A stretch of 64,000 nt of DNA. Origin: Erysipelotrichia bacterium. GTDB taxonomy: Bacteria; Bacillota_I; Bacilli_A; RFN20; CAG-826. Below are positions 9,380 to 19,886 of this stretch, one piece after another (within the stretch, counting starts at the first letter, position 1; the number at the start of each line of letters is the position of its first letter). Under the pieces are notes generated by a model. The model worked only from the letters and a program-made list of their open reading frames with translations. It was not told the origin of the DNA and searched no databases. Where the stretch lies: the NCBI GenBank assembly GCA_012522695.1, contig JAAYJX010000107.1, positions 22,408 to 86,407 on the forward strand, written 5' to 3'. Position numbers and translations under genes: made by a program.

Positions 9380-10770
9380 TATTCTTCTTTTAGCTCATCG
9401 ATAAGTGGTTTTTTCTTAAATCTTTGCATTGGTAAAAACGTAAAAACATAACTTAAAAAAAATGCTAAAAAAAAGCATATAAAAACTAAAAAATAAGGAA
9501 TATTAAGAAAGGTTTTAAGCGGCAAAATAATTAGATCTTGAAAATAAAATTGCTTTTCAAAAAAGATATTCCCAACTTTCATAAAAACAAAACTTAAAAC
9601 AAAAGAAAAGAAAACACTACTTAACGTTAGGAATAGAGATTCTAAATAAAAAATCCTTAATAAATCTTTTTTTGCTAAGCCTAAGATTGTTAATAATGCC
9701 GCTTCTTTTTTTCTTAAAATAAAGTTTGTATAGGCATTAATCATAATTAAAAAAACACTGCCTAAAAAGGCAATCGCAATAAAAATAATCATCGAATAAA
9801 AAGAAGCGCGCGTCAGTTCATAATATGCATTTTTTATCATTTCGCTAGTTGAAGTGATTTCAATATGAGAGTCAGAATTATTTAACATTTTTATTAAAGA
9901 AGAAAGTGTTTGATAATCTTTTGAAGAAAAAATAAAAAGTTTCAGCTCATAGTTATGCAAATATGAATCATCATCTAGTAAGCTAAATAAGTCGTAAATT
10001 GAAGTCTTAATGCTGCGAAAGTCTGATAAATTGCTCAAAACTATTCCTTTTAAATAAGTTTCTAAAGCCGAATATGAATAAAAAATCTTACCTTCATTTA
10101 AAAAAGTTAACTCTTTGAAAATGCCGCAAATCTTAAATTTAGTTTGTAAGAAAAAAGTATCGTAATTTAATTCAACAGGAAGATTAAATTCATAAATAAT
10201 TTTATTCTCACCATTAAAAAATAATTCACTATTTATAAGTTTTTCTAAATCACTATTTAATGTGTTCGCAAGCGTTTCATTAATATAAATATCAAATAAA
10301 TTGTTATCGTTTTGAATCATTCCGTAAGTTAATAAATCTTCCTTCTTTTTAAGTTCACTAAGAGCATAAAAAGGAGCAAAAAAACATTCATCAACTTGCT
10401 CGTTTTCATAACTTAAAGCATATTGACCCGGGAATATTTTTGCGTAATCGTTACTTAAAACATACTCATCTAAATAGTTATCCAAAAATAATAAATCGCT
10501 TTTTTGTGGCCGTTTTGTTTTAACTAATTTTAATGGGGATGATTCAAAAGAGTACATTTCTTTTTTAGTAATCGAATAATGGTTAATATCAACAATTTTT
10601 TCTTGCGTTTTTAATAAAAATAAATTTGTCCCTTCATAAAATCCAACAGCAATAATTAGTGACGAAAAACTAATTAGTAAAGAGAGAAAAACAAAAATGT
10701 TTTTTAATAAATTGTTTTTTAAATAAACAATAGAAAATCGCCATAAAAAAGTTTTTGATTTAATTTTCAT
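9379..10770 (-). CDS. ABC transporter permease, FtsX family
   Basis: 463 aa. N-terminal TM, large loop and C-terminal 3-TM FtsX-like block. Start/stop coupled (1-nt overlap) to the neighbouring ABC genes. Confidence 0.65.
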   Translation of the reverse strand: MKIKSKTFLWRFSIVYLKNNLLKNIFVFLSLLISFSSLIIAVGFYEGTNLFLLKTQEKIVDINHYSITKKEMYSFESSPLKLVKTKRPQKSDLLFLDNYLDEYVLSNDYAKIFPGQYALSYENEQVDECFFAPFYALSELKKKEDLLTYGMIQNDNNLFDIYINETLANTLNSDLEKLINSELFFNGENKIIYEFNLPVELNYDTFFLQTKFKICGIFKELTFLNEGKIFYSYSALETYLKGIVLSNLSDFRSIKTSIYDLFSLLDDDSYLHNYELKLFIFSSKDYQTLSSLIKMLNNSDSHIEITSTSEMIKNAYYELTRASFYSMIIFIAIAFLGSVFLIMINAYTNFILRKKEAALLTILGLAKKDLLRIFYLESLFLTLSSVFFSFVLSFVFMKVGNIFFEKQFYFQDLIILPLKTFLNIPYFLVFICFFLAFFLSYVFTFLPMQRFKKKPLIDELKEE

Positions 10771-11453
10771 ACATCATTTTGAATAAGTAGTTTGCCGTTA
10801 TTAATACTTAAATGTTTTGTTGCAAATTGTTTTAATAAATCTAAATCATGTGAAACGATAACGACTAATCGTTTTTTCGAAATATCTTTTAAAAAATGCA
10901 AAATCTCATATGCATTTTCTTCATCTAAAGCTCCTGTTGGTTCATCAGCAAAAACAACGTCAGGATTATTAATAAGGGCTCTTAAAATAGCGACTCTTTG
11001 TTTTTCTCCACCAGAAAGAAACTTGGCCTTTTGATAAGCAAGGTATTCTAATTTATAATTTCTAAGTAAAACTAAAGCTTGTTCATAAGAGTAATTAATT
11101 CCATAACTATTAATTAAAAGGGGTAATGCTAAATTAAATAAGACATTGTGTTCTAAAAATAAATTATAATTTTGAAAAACAAAGCCTAATTGAGTATTGC
11201 GATAACGTCTTAATTTTTTCTCGTTCATTAAAAAGAGATTTTCATTTTTAAAATATATTTCTCCTTCATCGGCTTTTAAAAAACTAGCTAGTAAATTTAA
11301 AAGTGTTGATTTTCCGCTTCCAGAATGACCAGAAATTAAAACAAGGCCTTCTTTTTCTAAACTAAAACTCACATTTTTCAAAACTTCGATTTTTATTTGT
11401 TCATGAAAAAAGGATTTAGAAAGATTTACAATTTTAAATAAAATGTTGTCCAC
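10767..11453 (-). CDS. ABC transporter ATP-binding protein
   Basis: 228 aa. Walker A GHSGSGKST, signature LSGGEKQRV, Walker B VFADEPTGALD. 4-nt overlap with the permease gene. Confidence 0.88.
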   Translation of the reverse strand: MDNILFKIVNLSKSFFHEQIKIEVLKNVSFSLEKEGLVLISGHSGSGKSTLLNLLASFLKADEGEIYFKNENLFLMNEKKLRRYRNTQLGFVFQNYNLFLEHNVLFNLALPLLINSYGINYSYEQALVLLRNYKLEYLAYQKAKFLSGGEKQRVAILRALINNPDVVFADEPTGALDEENAYEILHFLKDISKKRLVVIVSHDLDLLKQFATKHLSINNGKLLIQNDV

Positions 11454-11494
11454 TACTTAAATATAAGTAGGCAAAGAAAGATTATATTAAAAAA

Positions 11495-11716
11495 TTATTT
11501 AATTTCGATTTTATTTTCTTCGTGCGATAAAACTTTTTTAAATCGTCTATTAAAATCAACACGATTCATCATAATTTGGTGTCCACATCCTAAACACATA
11601 ATTTTTATGTCAGCACCAACACGAATAATTTGAAACTTTTTACTTCTTGTTAAACATGGGTGTTCCCTTTTCATTTCCACCACATCATAAAGTTCATAAG
11701 TAAGTTTTTTTGTCAT
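11495..11716 (-). CDS. Small conserved Firmicute protein, DUF951-like (zinc-ribbon-like)
   Basis: 73 aa. Cys pair HPC...CLGCGH. Family assignment is from memory only. Confidence 0.45.
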   Translation of the reverse strand: MTKKLTYELYDVVEMKREHPCLTRSKKFQIIRVGADIKIMCLGCGHQIMMNRVDFNRRFKKVLSHEENKIEIK

Positions 11717-11724
11717 AGTAGTTA

Positions 11725-12417
11725 TTATAATTCATTTATAAAATAATTTAGGCAAAAAGCTGATAAAGCTAAACCAGCGCTAGAAGGAACGTTCATCATT
11801 GAGGCCAAATAATTTTCTTTTAAAAGAGGTGATTCACTAGAATAGACAACGGGAATATTATTTGTCGCAACGTTTTCTTTTTTTAAATATTGCTTTAGCT
11901 TTTTAGCCAAAGGGTCACCACTTACCTCATTTAACAAACCTATTTTAACTTCTGTTGGATCAAGGCGATTAGCCATTCCTAAACTGGAAATAAAAGGAAT
12001 ATTGTATTTTTGAGCAAATTTTATTAAAAGGGCTTTTGCACTACTTTGATCGATTGCATCAATTATAAAATCGATTTTATAATGCTTTAATGTTTCAAAA
12101 AATTTCTTATTTACCCTCTTATTGAAAACTTCAATTTTAATATTTTTATCGATTTTTAAAAGATATTTTTTCGCTGCTTCAACTTTTAAAAACCCAATAT
12201 CTTCTTCATTATATAAAATTTGGCGGTTTAAATTTGAGTGTTCGACAAAATCTCCATCAACTAAAATAAAATTCATAATACCTGAACGAGCAAGACTTTC
12301 TAAAGCCGTTCCCCCAACACCACCCAAGCCACAAACTAAAACGGTTTTATTTTTCAAAACTATGAGTTTTTCTTCACCTATTAAAAGCCTTGTCCGACTA
12401 AAACGATTATTTTCCAT
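11725..12417 (-). CDS. tcdA: tRNA threonylcarbamoyladenosine dehydratase (ThiF/MoeB E1-like)
   Basis: 230 aa. Rossmann motif VLVCGLGGVGG and E1-like fold features. Confidence 0.7.
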   Translation of the reverse strand: MENNRFSRTRLLIGEEKLIVLKNKTVLVCGLGGVGGTALESLARSGIMNFILVDGDFVEHSNLNRQILYNEEDIGFLKVEAAKKYLLKIDKNIKIEVFNKRVNKKFFETLKHYKIDFIIDAIDQSSAKALLIKFAQKYNIPFISSLGMANRLDPTEVKIGLLNEVSGDPLAKKLKQYLKKENVATNNIPVVYSSESPLLKENYLASMMNVPSSAGLALSAFCLNYFINEL

Positions 12418-13279
12418 AGGTAATTTCTAAGATTTCTTTAACATTACTAACCCAATGCATAGGTAGTTGATTATTACAAAAAGTCATTTGCCGCTTAACG
12501 TAGCGTCTTGTATTTTTTTTAATTTCTTTAATAGCTTCTTCAACTGAAATTTCCCCTTTCAAAGAAGTGATTAATTCTTTGTAACCGATTGCTTCAAGAG
12601 CTTGAATGTTATCACCATATTTTTCATATAAATACTTTACTTCCTTAAGTAAACCTTTTTCGATCATTAAATCAACGCGTTTATCAATCCCATCATAAAT
12701 TGTTTGTCGATTATGTTTTAGACCAAAAAATTTTGCTTCATATAAAAGCTCGTCTTTTCTTGTTAGAAGGTTGTCCGATTTTTTAATTCCTTGCGCTAAA
12801 TAAATTTCAATTGCCCTTAAAACGCGTCGTCGATTATGGGGATGAATTTTTTCGCTTGCTAGAGGATCGATTTTAACTAATGTTTTAAAAAGTTCTTCAT
12901 TATTCATTTTTTGATAAAGCGACATATCAACTTTTTTTTGCTCTAAAAAGTGATAATTGAATAAGGCGGCTTTAATATAAAGACCACTACCTCCAAGCAA
13001 AATAATCGGAATATTTTTTTTAATTAAATCATCAATAATTAAACGAGCATCTTTTTGATAAGTAGCGATAGAGTAAGGTTCATCAACATTAACATAAGAA
13101 AATAAATGATGCTTAATATTTTGAAATTGTTCATTTTGTGGCTTATTTGTGCCGATTTCTAATTGTTTATAAATATGAAAAGCATCGGCGTTAATAATTT
13201 CACCCTTAATTTTTTTAGCAAGAGCGACTGCTAATTGATCTTTACCAGTATGAGTCGGGCCTGTAATTACGATGATCAT
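12407..13279 (-). CDS. miaA: tRNA dimethylallyltransferase
   Basis: 290 aa. P-loop ITGPTHTGKDQLAV at the N-terminus, typical MiaA length. Confidence 0.88.
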   Translation of the reverse strand: MIIVITGPTHTGKDQLAVALAKKIKGEIINADAFHIYKQLEIGTNKPQNEQFQNIKHHLFSYVNVDEPYSIATYQKDARLIIDDLIKKNIPIILLGGSGLYIKAALFNYHFLEQKKVDMSLYQKMNNEELFKTLVKIDPLASEKIHPHNRRRVLRAIEIYLAQGIKKSDNLLTRKDELLYEAKFFGLKHNRQTIYDGIDKRVDLMIEKGLLKEVKYLYEKYGDNIQALEAIGYKELITSLKGEISVEEAIKEIKKNTRRYVKRQMTFCNNQLPMHWVSNVKEILEITYGK

Positions 13280-13296
13280 AAGTTAATTATACAAAA

Positions 13297-13617
13297 TTAT
13301 TTTAAAATTTCTTCGATTGCCTTTAAAAGATTATTTACTTCATTAAAAACAAAATTATAATTAACAATTAACGGGTGTTCATCATAAAGTTTTTGTAAGC
13401 GGAGAAGTTCTTCTTTTTTCTTTTGGTGAACTTTTTTAGAACTACCAAAATGAAGAGATAAATCGACTTGCGCTTTTTTGATTTTCTCTTTTAAATCATG
13501 AAGCTCATTATTTTTTTTAATTTGTTCTAATAATAAAAAATATTGTTTAACAACTGGTTCATTGAGTAGTTCTTCTTTAATTTCTAAAAGAAGACTATTT
13601 ATTAACTCCATCGACAA
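13297..13617 (-). CDS. ymcA: YmcA/YlbF-family protein (UPF0342; RicA-like)
   Basis: 106 aa helical protein immediately upstream of miaB, overlapping it by 23 nt. This matches the B. subtilis ymcA-ymcB(miaB) arrangement. Confidence 0.6.
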   Translation of the reverse strand: MSMELINSLLLEIKEELLNEPVVKQYFLLLEQIKKNNELHDLKEKIKKAQVDLSLHFGSSKKVHQKKKEELLRLQKLYDEHPLIVNYNFVFNEVNNLLKAIEEILK

Positions 13618-15046
13618 TTTTTCCTCTTAAAGAATGTAAATGCGATTTCAAAATTTCAACATAAACAATTTGACCAATCAAAGATTCATCACCAGGAAAA
13701 TGAACTAACTTATTCGTTTCAGTATAACCTGATAAGATTTCCTTTTTCTTTTTACTAATTCCATCAACTAAAACAGGATAGGTCTTTCCAACCATTTGAT
13801 CAGCAGCTTTTTTAATTGATACTTCAAGTGTGTCGACTAATCTTTGAAAACGCTCACCCTTAACTTCACGACTAACATTATCTATTAACTTAGCTGCCGG
13901 TGTTCCAACACGTGAAGAATAAATAAATGTAAAGGCACTTTCATAGGCAGCTTCTTTTACAACTTCTAATGTTTCTAAAAATTGTTCTTCACCTTCGCCT
14001 GGAAAACCAACAATTAAATCAGTTGAAATATGAACACCAGGTAAGTTTTTTCTTAAATCTTTAATAATTTGTAAATATTGTTTTGATGTATATTTTCGCC
14101 CCATAAGTTTTAAAATTTCATCACTACCACTTTGTACAGGTAAGTGAACATATTTCATAATGTTAGGATAGGTCTTCATTACTTCAATAATATCACTAGA
14201 AAAATCAAAGGGATGTGAAGTCAAAAAGCGGAGGCGAGGAATTTTTAACTTTGCTACTTCTTCAAGTAACATGCTAAAAGTTGCATTATTTTTTAAATCT
14301 TTACCATAAGAATTAACGTTTTGTCCTAAAAGCGTTATTTCTTGATAACCATTATTTATAAGTTCTTGGCATTCACTTAAAATTTCTTCTTTGGGACGAC
14401 TTCGTTCTTGACCACGTGTATATGGAACGATGCAATATGTACAAAATTTATCACAACCATAAGAAATATTAACAAAAGCCTTATGTTTTAAATTACGTAG
14501 TGAAGGAAGTTTTTCAATAATTTCAATTGGGCGAGATTTAACATCAACTACACGGCTATTATCTCTTAATGAAATATCAATTAATTCAATAAGATTGTCT
14601 AAATTATGTGTTCCAAATATTAAATCAACATGTCGATATTTTTTAACAATTAAATCAATCATATGTTCTTGTTGGACCATACATCCACATACCGCAAGCA
14701 AAACATCTTCATTATTTAAGCGATAGTTTTTTAATGAACCGATTTCACCGATTACTTTATTTTCAGCGTTTTCGCGAACACAACATGTATTTAAAATAAT
14801 TAGATTAGCCGTTAAAATATCATCTGTTTTTTTAAAACCGACATTTTCTAAAAGGCCAGCCATAATTTCTTCATCGCGCATATTCGCCTGACAACCATAT
14901 GTACGAATATGATATGTTTTATTTTGCGCAAAAGATAAAACTAAAGGCGAAGAAAAACAAGTAAAGTCTTTAACTTCCATTTTTAAAAGACGTTTACGAA
15001 GTTCATTAGTTTGTGGTTTAGAAATAATATTAACGGCTTTTTTCAT
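13595..15046 (-). CDS. miaB: tRNA-2-methylthio-N6-dimethylallyladenosine synthase (radical SAM)
   Basis: 483 aa. UPF0004 N-terminal domain (YGCQANMRDEE), radical-SAM CxxxCxxC (CDKFCTYC), TRAM C-terminus. Confidence 0.9.
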   Translation of the reverse strand: MKKAVNIISKPQTNELRKRLLKMEVKDFTCFSSPLVLSFAQNKTYHIRTYGCQANMRDEEIMAGLLENVGFKKTDDILTANLIILNTCCVRENAENKVIGEIGSLKNYRLNNEDVLLAVCGCMVQQEHMIDLIVKKYRHVDLIFGTHNLDNLIELIDISLRDNSRVVDVKSRPIEIIEKLPSLRNLKHKAFVNISYGCDKFCTYCIVPYTRGQERSRPKEEILSECQELINNGYQEITLLGQNVNSYGKDLKNNATFSMLLEEVAKLKIPRLRFLTSHPFDFSSDIIEVMKTYPNIMKYVHLPVQSGSDEILKLMGRKYTSKQYLQIIKDLRKNLPGVHISTDLIVGFPGEGEEQFLETLEVVKEAAYESAFTFIYSSRVGTPAAKLIDNVSREVKGERFQRLVDTLEVSIKKAADQMVGKTYPVLVDGISKKKKEILSGYTETNKLVHFPGDESLIGQIVYVEILKSHLHSLRGKIVDGVNK

Positions 15047-15052
15047 TTAAAA

Positions 15053-16615
15053 TTATTTGGCTGTTTCGGTTGCGCGATATTCACGAATAACCGAGACTTT
15101 AATTTGACCTGGATAAGTTAATTCATTTTCAATTTTTTCACGAATATCCCGTGCTAATTTAAAAGCGGCTAAATCATCAATTTTTTCAGGAACGACGATA
15201 ACTCTTACTTCACGTCCTGATTGCATTGCAAATGATTGTGAGACACCTTCATAAGATTTAGCGAGTGCTTCAAGTTTTTCAATTCGCTTAATATAATTTT
15301 CAACCGTTTCACGTCGAGCGCCTGGTCGAGCTGCACTTAAAGTATCGGCCGCGGCTACTAGATGAGAAATAATGTATTTTGCCGGAACATCATCGTGATG
15401 CGATTCAATTGAATTAATAACAACATCTGGTTCGCCATATTTTTTAGCAAGACGAACACCAATCTCAACGTGTGAACCATCCATTTCAAAATCAACAGCT
15501 TTACCAATATCAAGTAAAAGTCCAGCGCGCTTAGCTAAGTTTTGATCAAGACCAAGCTCAACAGCCATGATTCCACTTAAATAAGCAACTTCTAAAGCGT
15601 GATCATAAGCGTTTTGGCCATAACTTGTTCGATATTTTAAACGGCCTACATAATTTAATAATTCTTTGTGGATTTTAGGAAGACCTAATTTAAAAGCTGC
15701 CTCTTCACCGGCTTTACGAATAACTTCATCAATTTCTTCTTTAACTTTTGCGGCAACTTCTTCAATTCTTCCTGGTTGAATACGACCATCGCGAATTAAT
15801 CTTTCTAACGTTAATTTAGCAATTTCACGACGAATCGGGTCAAAACTCGAAACAGTAATAACTTCTGGCGTATCATCAATAATTAAATCAACACCTAAAA
15901 GTTGTTCAAGTGTTCGAATATTACGACCTTCACGACCAATAATTCTCCCCTTCATTTCATCATTTGGTAAAGTTACAGCTGAGACCGTTCTTTCCGTTGT
16001 GACATCTTGAGCATATTTATTAATTGCTAAAGCAATTAATTCTTTAGCAGTTTCATGAGCTTTTTCTTTTGCTTCATCTTCTTTATTTTTAATAAAAGCA
16101 GCAATTTCCTTAGCAAGTTTACTTTCAACACGACGAAAAATTTCATCACGTGCTTCGTTTGTTGAAAGTTGAGCAACTTTTTCAAGTTCTTTTAAAATCG
16201 AATCAATTTTATCTTGTAAAATATCATTACGACGTTGTGTTTCTTTTAAACGTTCATTAAGCGTTTGTGTTTTTTCTTCTAAAGCAACTTCTTTGTTAAT
16301 TAATTGAGCATCACGACGATCAATATTATTTTCACGTTGCATGAGTTTATTTTCAATCACATGAAACTCAGATTTTCTTTCTTTAATTTCTTTTTCAACT
16401 AATAGACGAGCTTCATGAGCAGCTTGTTTAGCGTCAATTTGGGCCGACTTCGTAATGTGTTCAGCTTTAATTTCAGCATCGCGAACGATTTTTTCAGCTT
16501 TTTTAGTTGCAAGAACTTTTTTAAGTTGAGGAATTAAAAAGACAATTAAAATGCCAATTCCAATTCCTAAGAAAAAGGCAATAATAATTAAAATAATTGC
16601 TAGTGTTGAGTCCAT
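15053..16615 (-). CDS. rny: Ribonuclease Y
   Basis: 520 aa. N-terminal TM, coiled coil, KH domain ([12 protein letters not shown]), HD domain (HSxEV...GLLHDIGK-like). Confidence 0.92.
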   Translation of the reverse strand: MDSTLAIILIIIAFFLGIGIGILIVFLIPQLKKVLATKKAEKIVRDAEIKAEHITKSAQIDAKQAAHEARLLVEKEIKERKSEFHVIENKLMQRENNIDRRDAQLINKEVALEEKTQTLNERLKETQRRNDILQDKIDSILKELEKVAQLSTNEARDEIFRRVESKLAKEIAAFIKNKEDEAKEKAHETAKELIALAINKYAQDVTTERTVSAVTLPNDEMKGRIIGREGRNIRTLEQLLGVDLIIDDTPEVITVSSFDPIRREIAKLTLERLIRDGRIQPGRIEEVAAKVKEEIDEVIRKAGEEAAFKLGLPKIHKELLNYVGRLKYRTSYGQNAYDHALEVAYLSGIMAVELGLDQNLAKRAGLLLDIGKAVDFEMDGSHVEIGVRLAKKYGEPDVVINSIESHHDDVPAKYIISHLVAAADTLSAARPGARRETVENYIKRIEKLEALAKSYEGVSQSFAMQSGREVRVIVVPEKIDDLAAFKLARDIREKIENELTYPGQIKVSVIREYRATETAK

Positions 16616-16833
16616 TATATTTTCTCCTTTATTATATTATCGTAATAAATTATTTTCTAAAGAAAATAAGTCACGTAATTTATTACCAAAAACGTGCATA
16701 AAGTAGTACCGGCTTTTATTTGTACGGATTACTCCGATAAAAAAGACTACGACGAATCTATGGTAATAAGTATCTTGCGATACATATTTATCTTAACAAA
16801 CAAAAGCTGAAAATAAAATAATAATGTTTAAAA

Positions 16834-16890
16834 ATGAAGAAAATCTTCATCCTAATTAAATAAAAAGGACTGTAAGTCATTACAAGTCCT
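16834..16890 (-). terminator. Tandem rho-independent terminators downstream of recA
   Basis: Inverted repeats AGGACTGTAAGTCATTACAAGTCCT (16866-16890) and ATGAAGAAAATCTTCAT (16834-16850). Each is followed by a T-run on the minus strand. Confidence 0.6.
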
Positions 16891-16911
16891 AATTAAAAAA
16901 TATATTAGTTA

Positions 16912-17907
16912 CTAAACTAAGCCAGTTTTAATCTTATTTACTAGTGTTTCAAAAATATCAGGATTTTTCTTGAGAAAAACTTTTGCTGTTTCGCGTCCTT
17001 GACCCATTCGTTCATTATTATATTCATACCAGGAGCCAGATTTTTTAACTAATCCAAGATCAACAGCTAAATCTAACACTTCACCTTCTTTAGAAATACC
17101 TTGGCCATAAATAATATCAACTTTACAAGATTTAAAAGGTGGAGCGACTTTATTTTTAACAACGCGAATTGTAACGGCATTACCAATTAAATCATTACCT
17201 TGTTTAAGTGCTTCGCCGCGTCTTATATCAACGCGAACTGATGAATAAAACTTTAAAGCTCTTCCACCACTTGTTGTTTCTGGATTTCCATAAACAATCC
17301 CAACTTTTTCACGAAGTTGATTAATAAAAACAATACTACAAGAAGACCTATTTAAAACAGCGACTAATTTACGCATAGCCTTAGACATTAGACGCGCTTG
17401 TAATCCTACTTGATTATCTGCCATCAAGCCATCAAGTTCAACTTGTGGTACTAAAGCAGCAACACTATCAACAACAATAATATCAATCGCACTACTAGAA
17501 GCTAACATTTCAACAATTTCTAAAGCTTGTTCACCGCTATCAGGTTGCGACAAAATTAGTTCATCAATATCAACACCTAAGTTTTGTGCATAAAGCGGGT
17601 CAATCGCATGTTCAGCATCAACAAAGGCAGCCCGCCCACCTAACTTTTGTGCTTCAGCAATAGCATGCAATGCTAAAGTCGTTTTACCGCTACTTTCAGG
17701 CCCAAATATTTCAATAATCCGGCCTTTAGGATAACCACCTACTCCTAGGGCAAAATCTAATAATAGTGACCCTGAGGGAATGACATCAACATCAACATTT
17801 GGTCTTTCACCGAGTCGCATAACTGCGCCTTTACCATATGTTTTCTCGATTGTTTTTAAAGCATCTTCGAGTGCTTTCATTTTTTCTTTTGAAACTTCTT
17901 TGGCCAT
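16912..17907 (-). CDS. recA: Recombinase A
   Basis: 331 aa. Walker [10 protein letters not shown], RecA L1/L2 regions, canonical length. Confidence 0.97.
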   Translation of the reverse strand: MAKEVSKEKMKALEDALKTIEKTYGKGAVMRLGERPNVDVDVIPSGSLLLDFALGVGGYPKGRIIEIFGPESSGKTTLALHAIAEAQKLGGRAAFVDAEHAIDPLYAQNLGVDIDELILSQPDSGEQALEIVEMLASSSAIDIIVVDSVAALVPQVELDGLMADNQVGLQARLMSKAMRKLVAVLNRSSCSIVFINQLREKVGIVYGNPETTSGGRALKFYSSVRVDIRRGEALKQGNDLIGNAVTIRVVKNKVAPPFKSCKVDIIYGQGISKEGEVLDLAVDLGLVKKSGSWYEYNNERMGQGRETAKVFLKKNPDIFETLVNKIKTGLV

Positions 17908-17958
17908 AATTTACTCCTTTAATAAATATATAAGTTAACAAATTAAGTTTATAACAAT

Positions 17959-18450
17959 TTAACTTAAAATGCTTATGATAGACTCAATCATTTTTTTAAC
18001 TGTCTTTTCGCGAATTTTATTTCTTTGACCAACTAATTTAAGTTCATAAGAATAAAATTTTTCTAAATACGAAATAGCATAATAAACTTCACCAATTTCT
18101 TTTTGATCTTTTTCAACACTAGGTCCAGCATTACCCGTTATAGCGATACACAAATGAACATTTAAATATTTTTGTCCGGCCTTTGCTAGAGCAACTGCAA
18201 CTTCTTTTGAAACAACACCATATTTATTTATTAAGTCTTTATTAATTTTAAGAATGTTAGTTTTTGTTTCTTCTTGGTAAGCAATAAGAGCACCTTTAAA
18301 AAAAGAAGAAATACCAGGAAGGTCAGTTATTGTTTTTGAAAAAAGACCGCCTGTCATCGATTCAATCGCGCCAAAGGTAATCTTTTTTTCTTGAAGAAGT
18401 TTATATAATATTTTATTTTTCATCTTTTTTAAAAACATGGCGATTTTCAA
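17959..18450 (-). CDS. cinA: CinA C-terminal domain protein (nicotinamide-nucleotide amidohydrolase PncC-like)
   Basis: 163 aa. ESMTGGLFS motif of the CinA C-terminal domain. Sits between pgsA and recA as in the Bacillus pgsA-cinA-recA operon. Confidence 0.8.
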   Translation of the reverse strand: MKIAMFLKKMKNKILYKLLQEKKITFGAIESMTGGLFSKTITDLPGISSFFKGALIAYQEETKTNILKINKDLINKYGVVSKEVAVALAKAGQKYLNVHLCIAITGNAGPSVEKDQKEIGEVYYAISYLEKFYSYELKLVGQRNKIREKTVKKMIESIISILS

Positions 18451-19039
18451 TTAAATAAATAATCCCGGAAATTAAAGAAACAAGTGTCGCTAAATAAATA
18501 ATAAGATTGGTTATTTTTAATCCAACCGGAAAGCTTTGATCAAAATATGAAAAAGGCCAATTGTTTAACAAAACAAAACTAATTGCCACCATTTGTAAGA
18601 CCGTTTTAATTTTGCCAAAAATATTCGCGGCAATAACTTTGTTATTTGAAATCGCAATTAAGCGGAGGGCGTCGACGATTAAGTCGCGCATGATTAATAA
18701 AATCACACACCATAAAGAAAATGAAATATTTCCTGCTGCGTAACTTGGTGTCACAATTAAAAAGATAATTAAGCTATTGACTAATAATTTATCGGCAATT
18801 GGATCTAAAAAACGACCAAGATCAGTAATTAAATTATATTTTCTTGCAAGATGGCCATCTAAATAATCAGTAAAAGCCGCCATGAAAAAAACAACAAAAA
18901 CAATAAAATAAATTAAATTAATTTTTGAGTTACCTAAATAAATTGGATCAAGATTAAAAAACGACAAAACAAAAAGTCCCAAAAGCATTATTGTAACAAT
19001 AACGATACGTGATAAAGATAATTTGTTTGGTAAATTCAT
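18413..19039 (-). CDS. pgsA: CDP-diacylglycerol--glycerol-3-phosphate 3-phosphatidyltransferase
   Basis: 208 aa. CDP-alcohol phosphatidyltransferase motif DYLDGHLAR...G...DPIADK, multi-TM. Confidence 0.88.
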   Translation of the reverse strand: MNLPNKLSLSRIVIVTIMLLGLFVLSFFNLDPIYLGNSKINLIYFIVFVVFFMAAFTDYLDGHLARKYNLITDLGRFLDPIADKLLVNSLIIFLIVTPSYAAGNISFSLWCVILLIMRDLIVDALRLIAISNNKVIAANIFGKIKTVLQMVAISFVLLNNWPFSYFDQSFPVGLKITNLIIYLATLVSLISGIIYLIENRHVFKKDEK

Positions 19040-19053
19040 AAATTTCTTAAAAG

Positions 19054-19402
19054 TGAGTATCGACCCTATAAGCCATGTTCTGTCAAAGGGTAACTATTTA
19101 TCTATGCACGTAAGTGCATGCGTGCCGCCATTCATTTCTTTTAGCACACTTCCCCTACCGAATTTGGGTTTCTCGCTTGTGGGGTTTACCAACGTTCCAC
19201 TTTAATGTTTCCACTAAACTACGTCACTGTGGCACTTTCAGAGTCTTAACCATAGCCTAAGCCTTAGGTTTTGACTCGCCGTTATGCGCTCCCGCATACC
19301 TAGTGTTATTTTTTCCACTAGCACAATCACTACGAGCATCTCAGCTCGTGCGAGCATGGACTTTCCTCTAAACTAAATTAGCAGTTACCGAGGTCGATAT
19401 TA
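19054..19402 (-). ncRNA. rnpB: RNase P RNA (bacterial type B-like)
   Basis: The minus-strand sequence contains the universal P4 region GAGGAAAGTCCATGCTCGCAC...GAGATGC and the later ...AAGGCTTAGG...GTGGAACGTTGGTAAACCCCAC... elements. A P1 helix pairs 5' TATCGACC with 3' GGTCGATA. No long ORF on the gene strand. Position next to gpsB matches Bacillus. Confidence 0.9.
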
Positions 19403-19762
19403 TTTTAACTTTCGAGGATCAACGCCAAGAGCATATAACTTTTCTTCAAGGATGTTAATGCGCTTAATATATTCGACGTTTTGCAAGGATACTTTTTGAT
19501 CACTTTTGATATTGCCAAATCTTTCTTCATAACGTGCTTTGATAAGTTCTAACTCACGTTGAGTTTTACGAAGATCGTTAATCGTTGTCTCAAGTTTTGT
19601 GATGTACTCATTCCGTTCTTCAATTTTTTTAGAAAAATCTTTGTAATCATTAATGATCAAGTCAAGAAAGTCATCTACTTCATGACAATCATAACCTTTA
19701 ACATTCGCTTTAAACTTCTTGTTAAGAATATTTTGGGCATTTAAATTTGCTTTCGATTTCAT
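19400..19762 (-). CDS. gpsB: DivIVA-domain protein (GpsB-like cell-cycle protein)
   Basis: 120 aa. N-terminal DivIVA motif (KKFKANVKGYDCHEVDDFLD) plus coiled coil. Lies beside rnpB and recU as gpsB does in B. subtilis. Confidence 0.75.
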   Translation of the reverse strand: MKSKANLNAQNILNKKFKANVKGYDCHEVDDFLDLIINDYKDFSKKIEERNEYITKLETTINDLRKTQRELELIKARYEERFGNIKSDQKVSLQNVEYIKRINILEEKLYALGVDPRKLK

Positions 19763-19886
19763 GACTTCATCCTCGACAATTAATTATATTAAAGTTTTAA
19801 AATCAATACAAATATAATTTCCTTATAAGAGGGCTTTTCAACTTTCGCTTTTTTATCTTTCAATGATATACTTATTATTGCTATTT

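Noticed and set aside
19023-19205. 60-aa plus-strand ORF
   Set aside because: It lies entirely within the RNase P RNA gene on the opposite strand and is an artefact of the structured RNA sequence.
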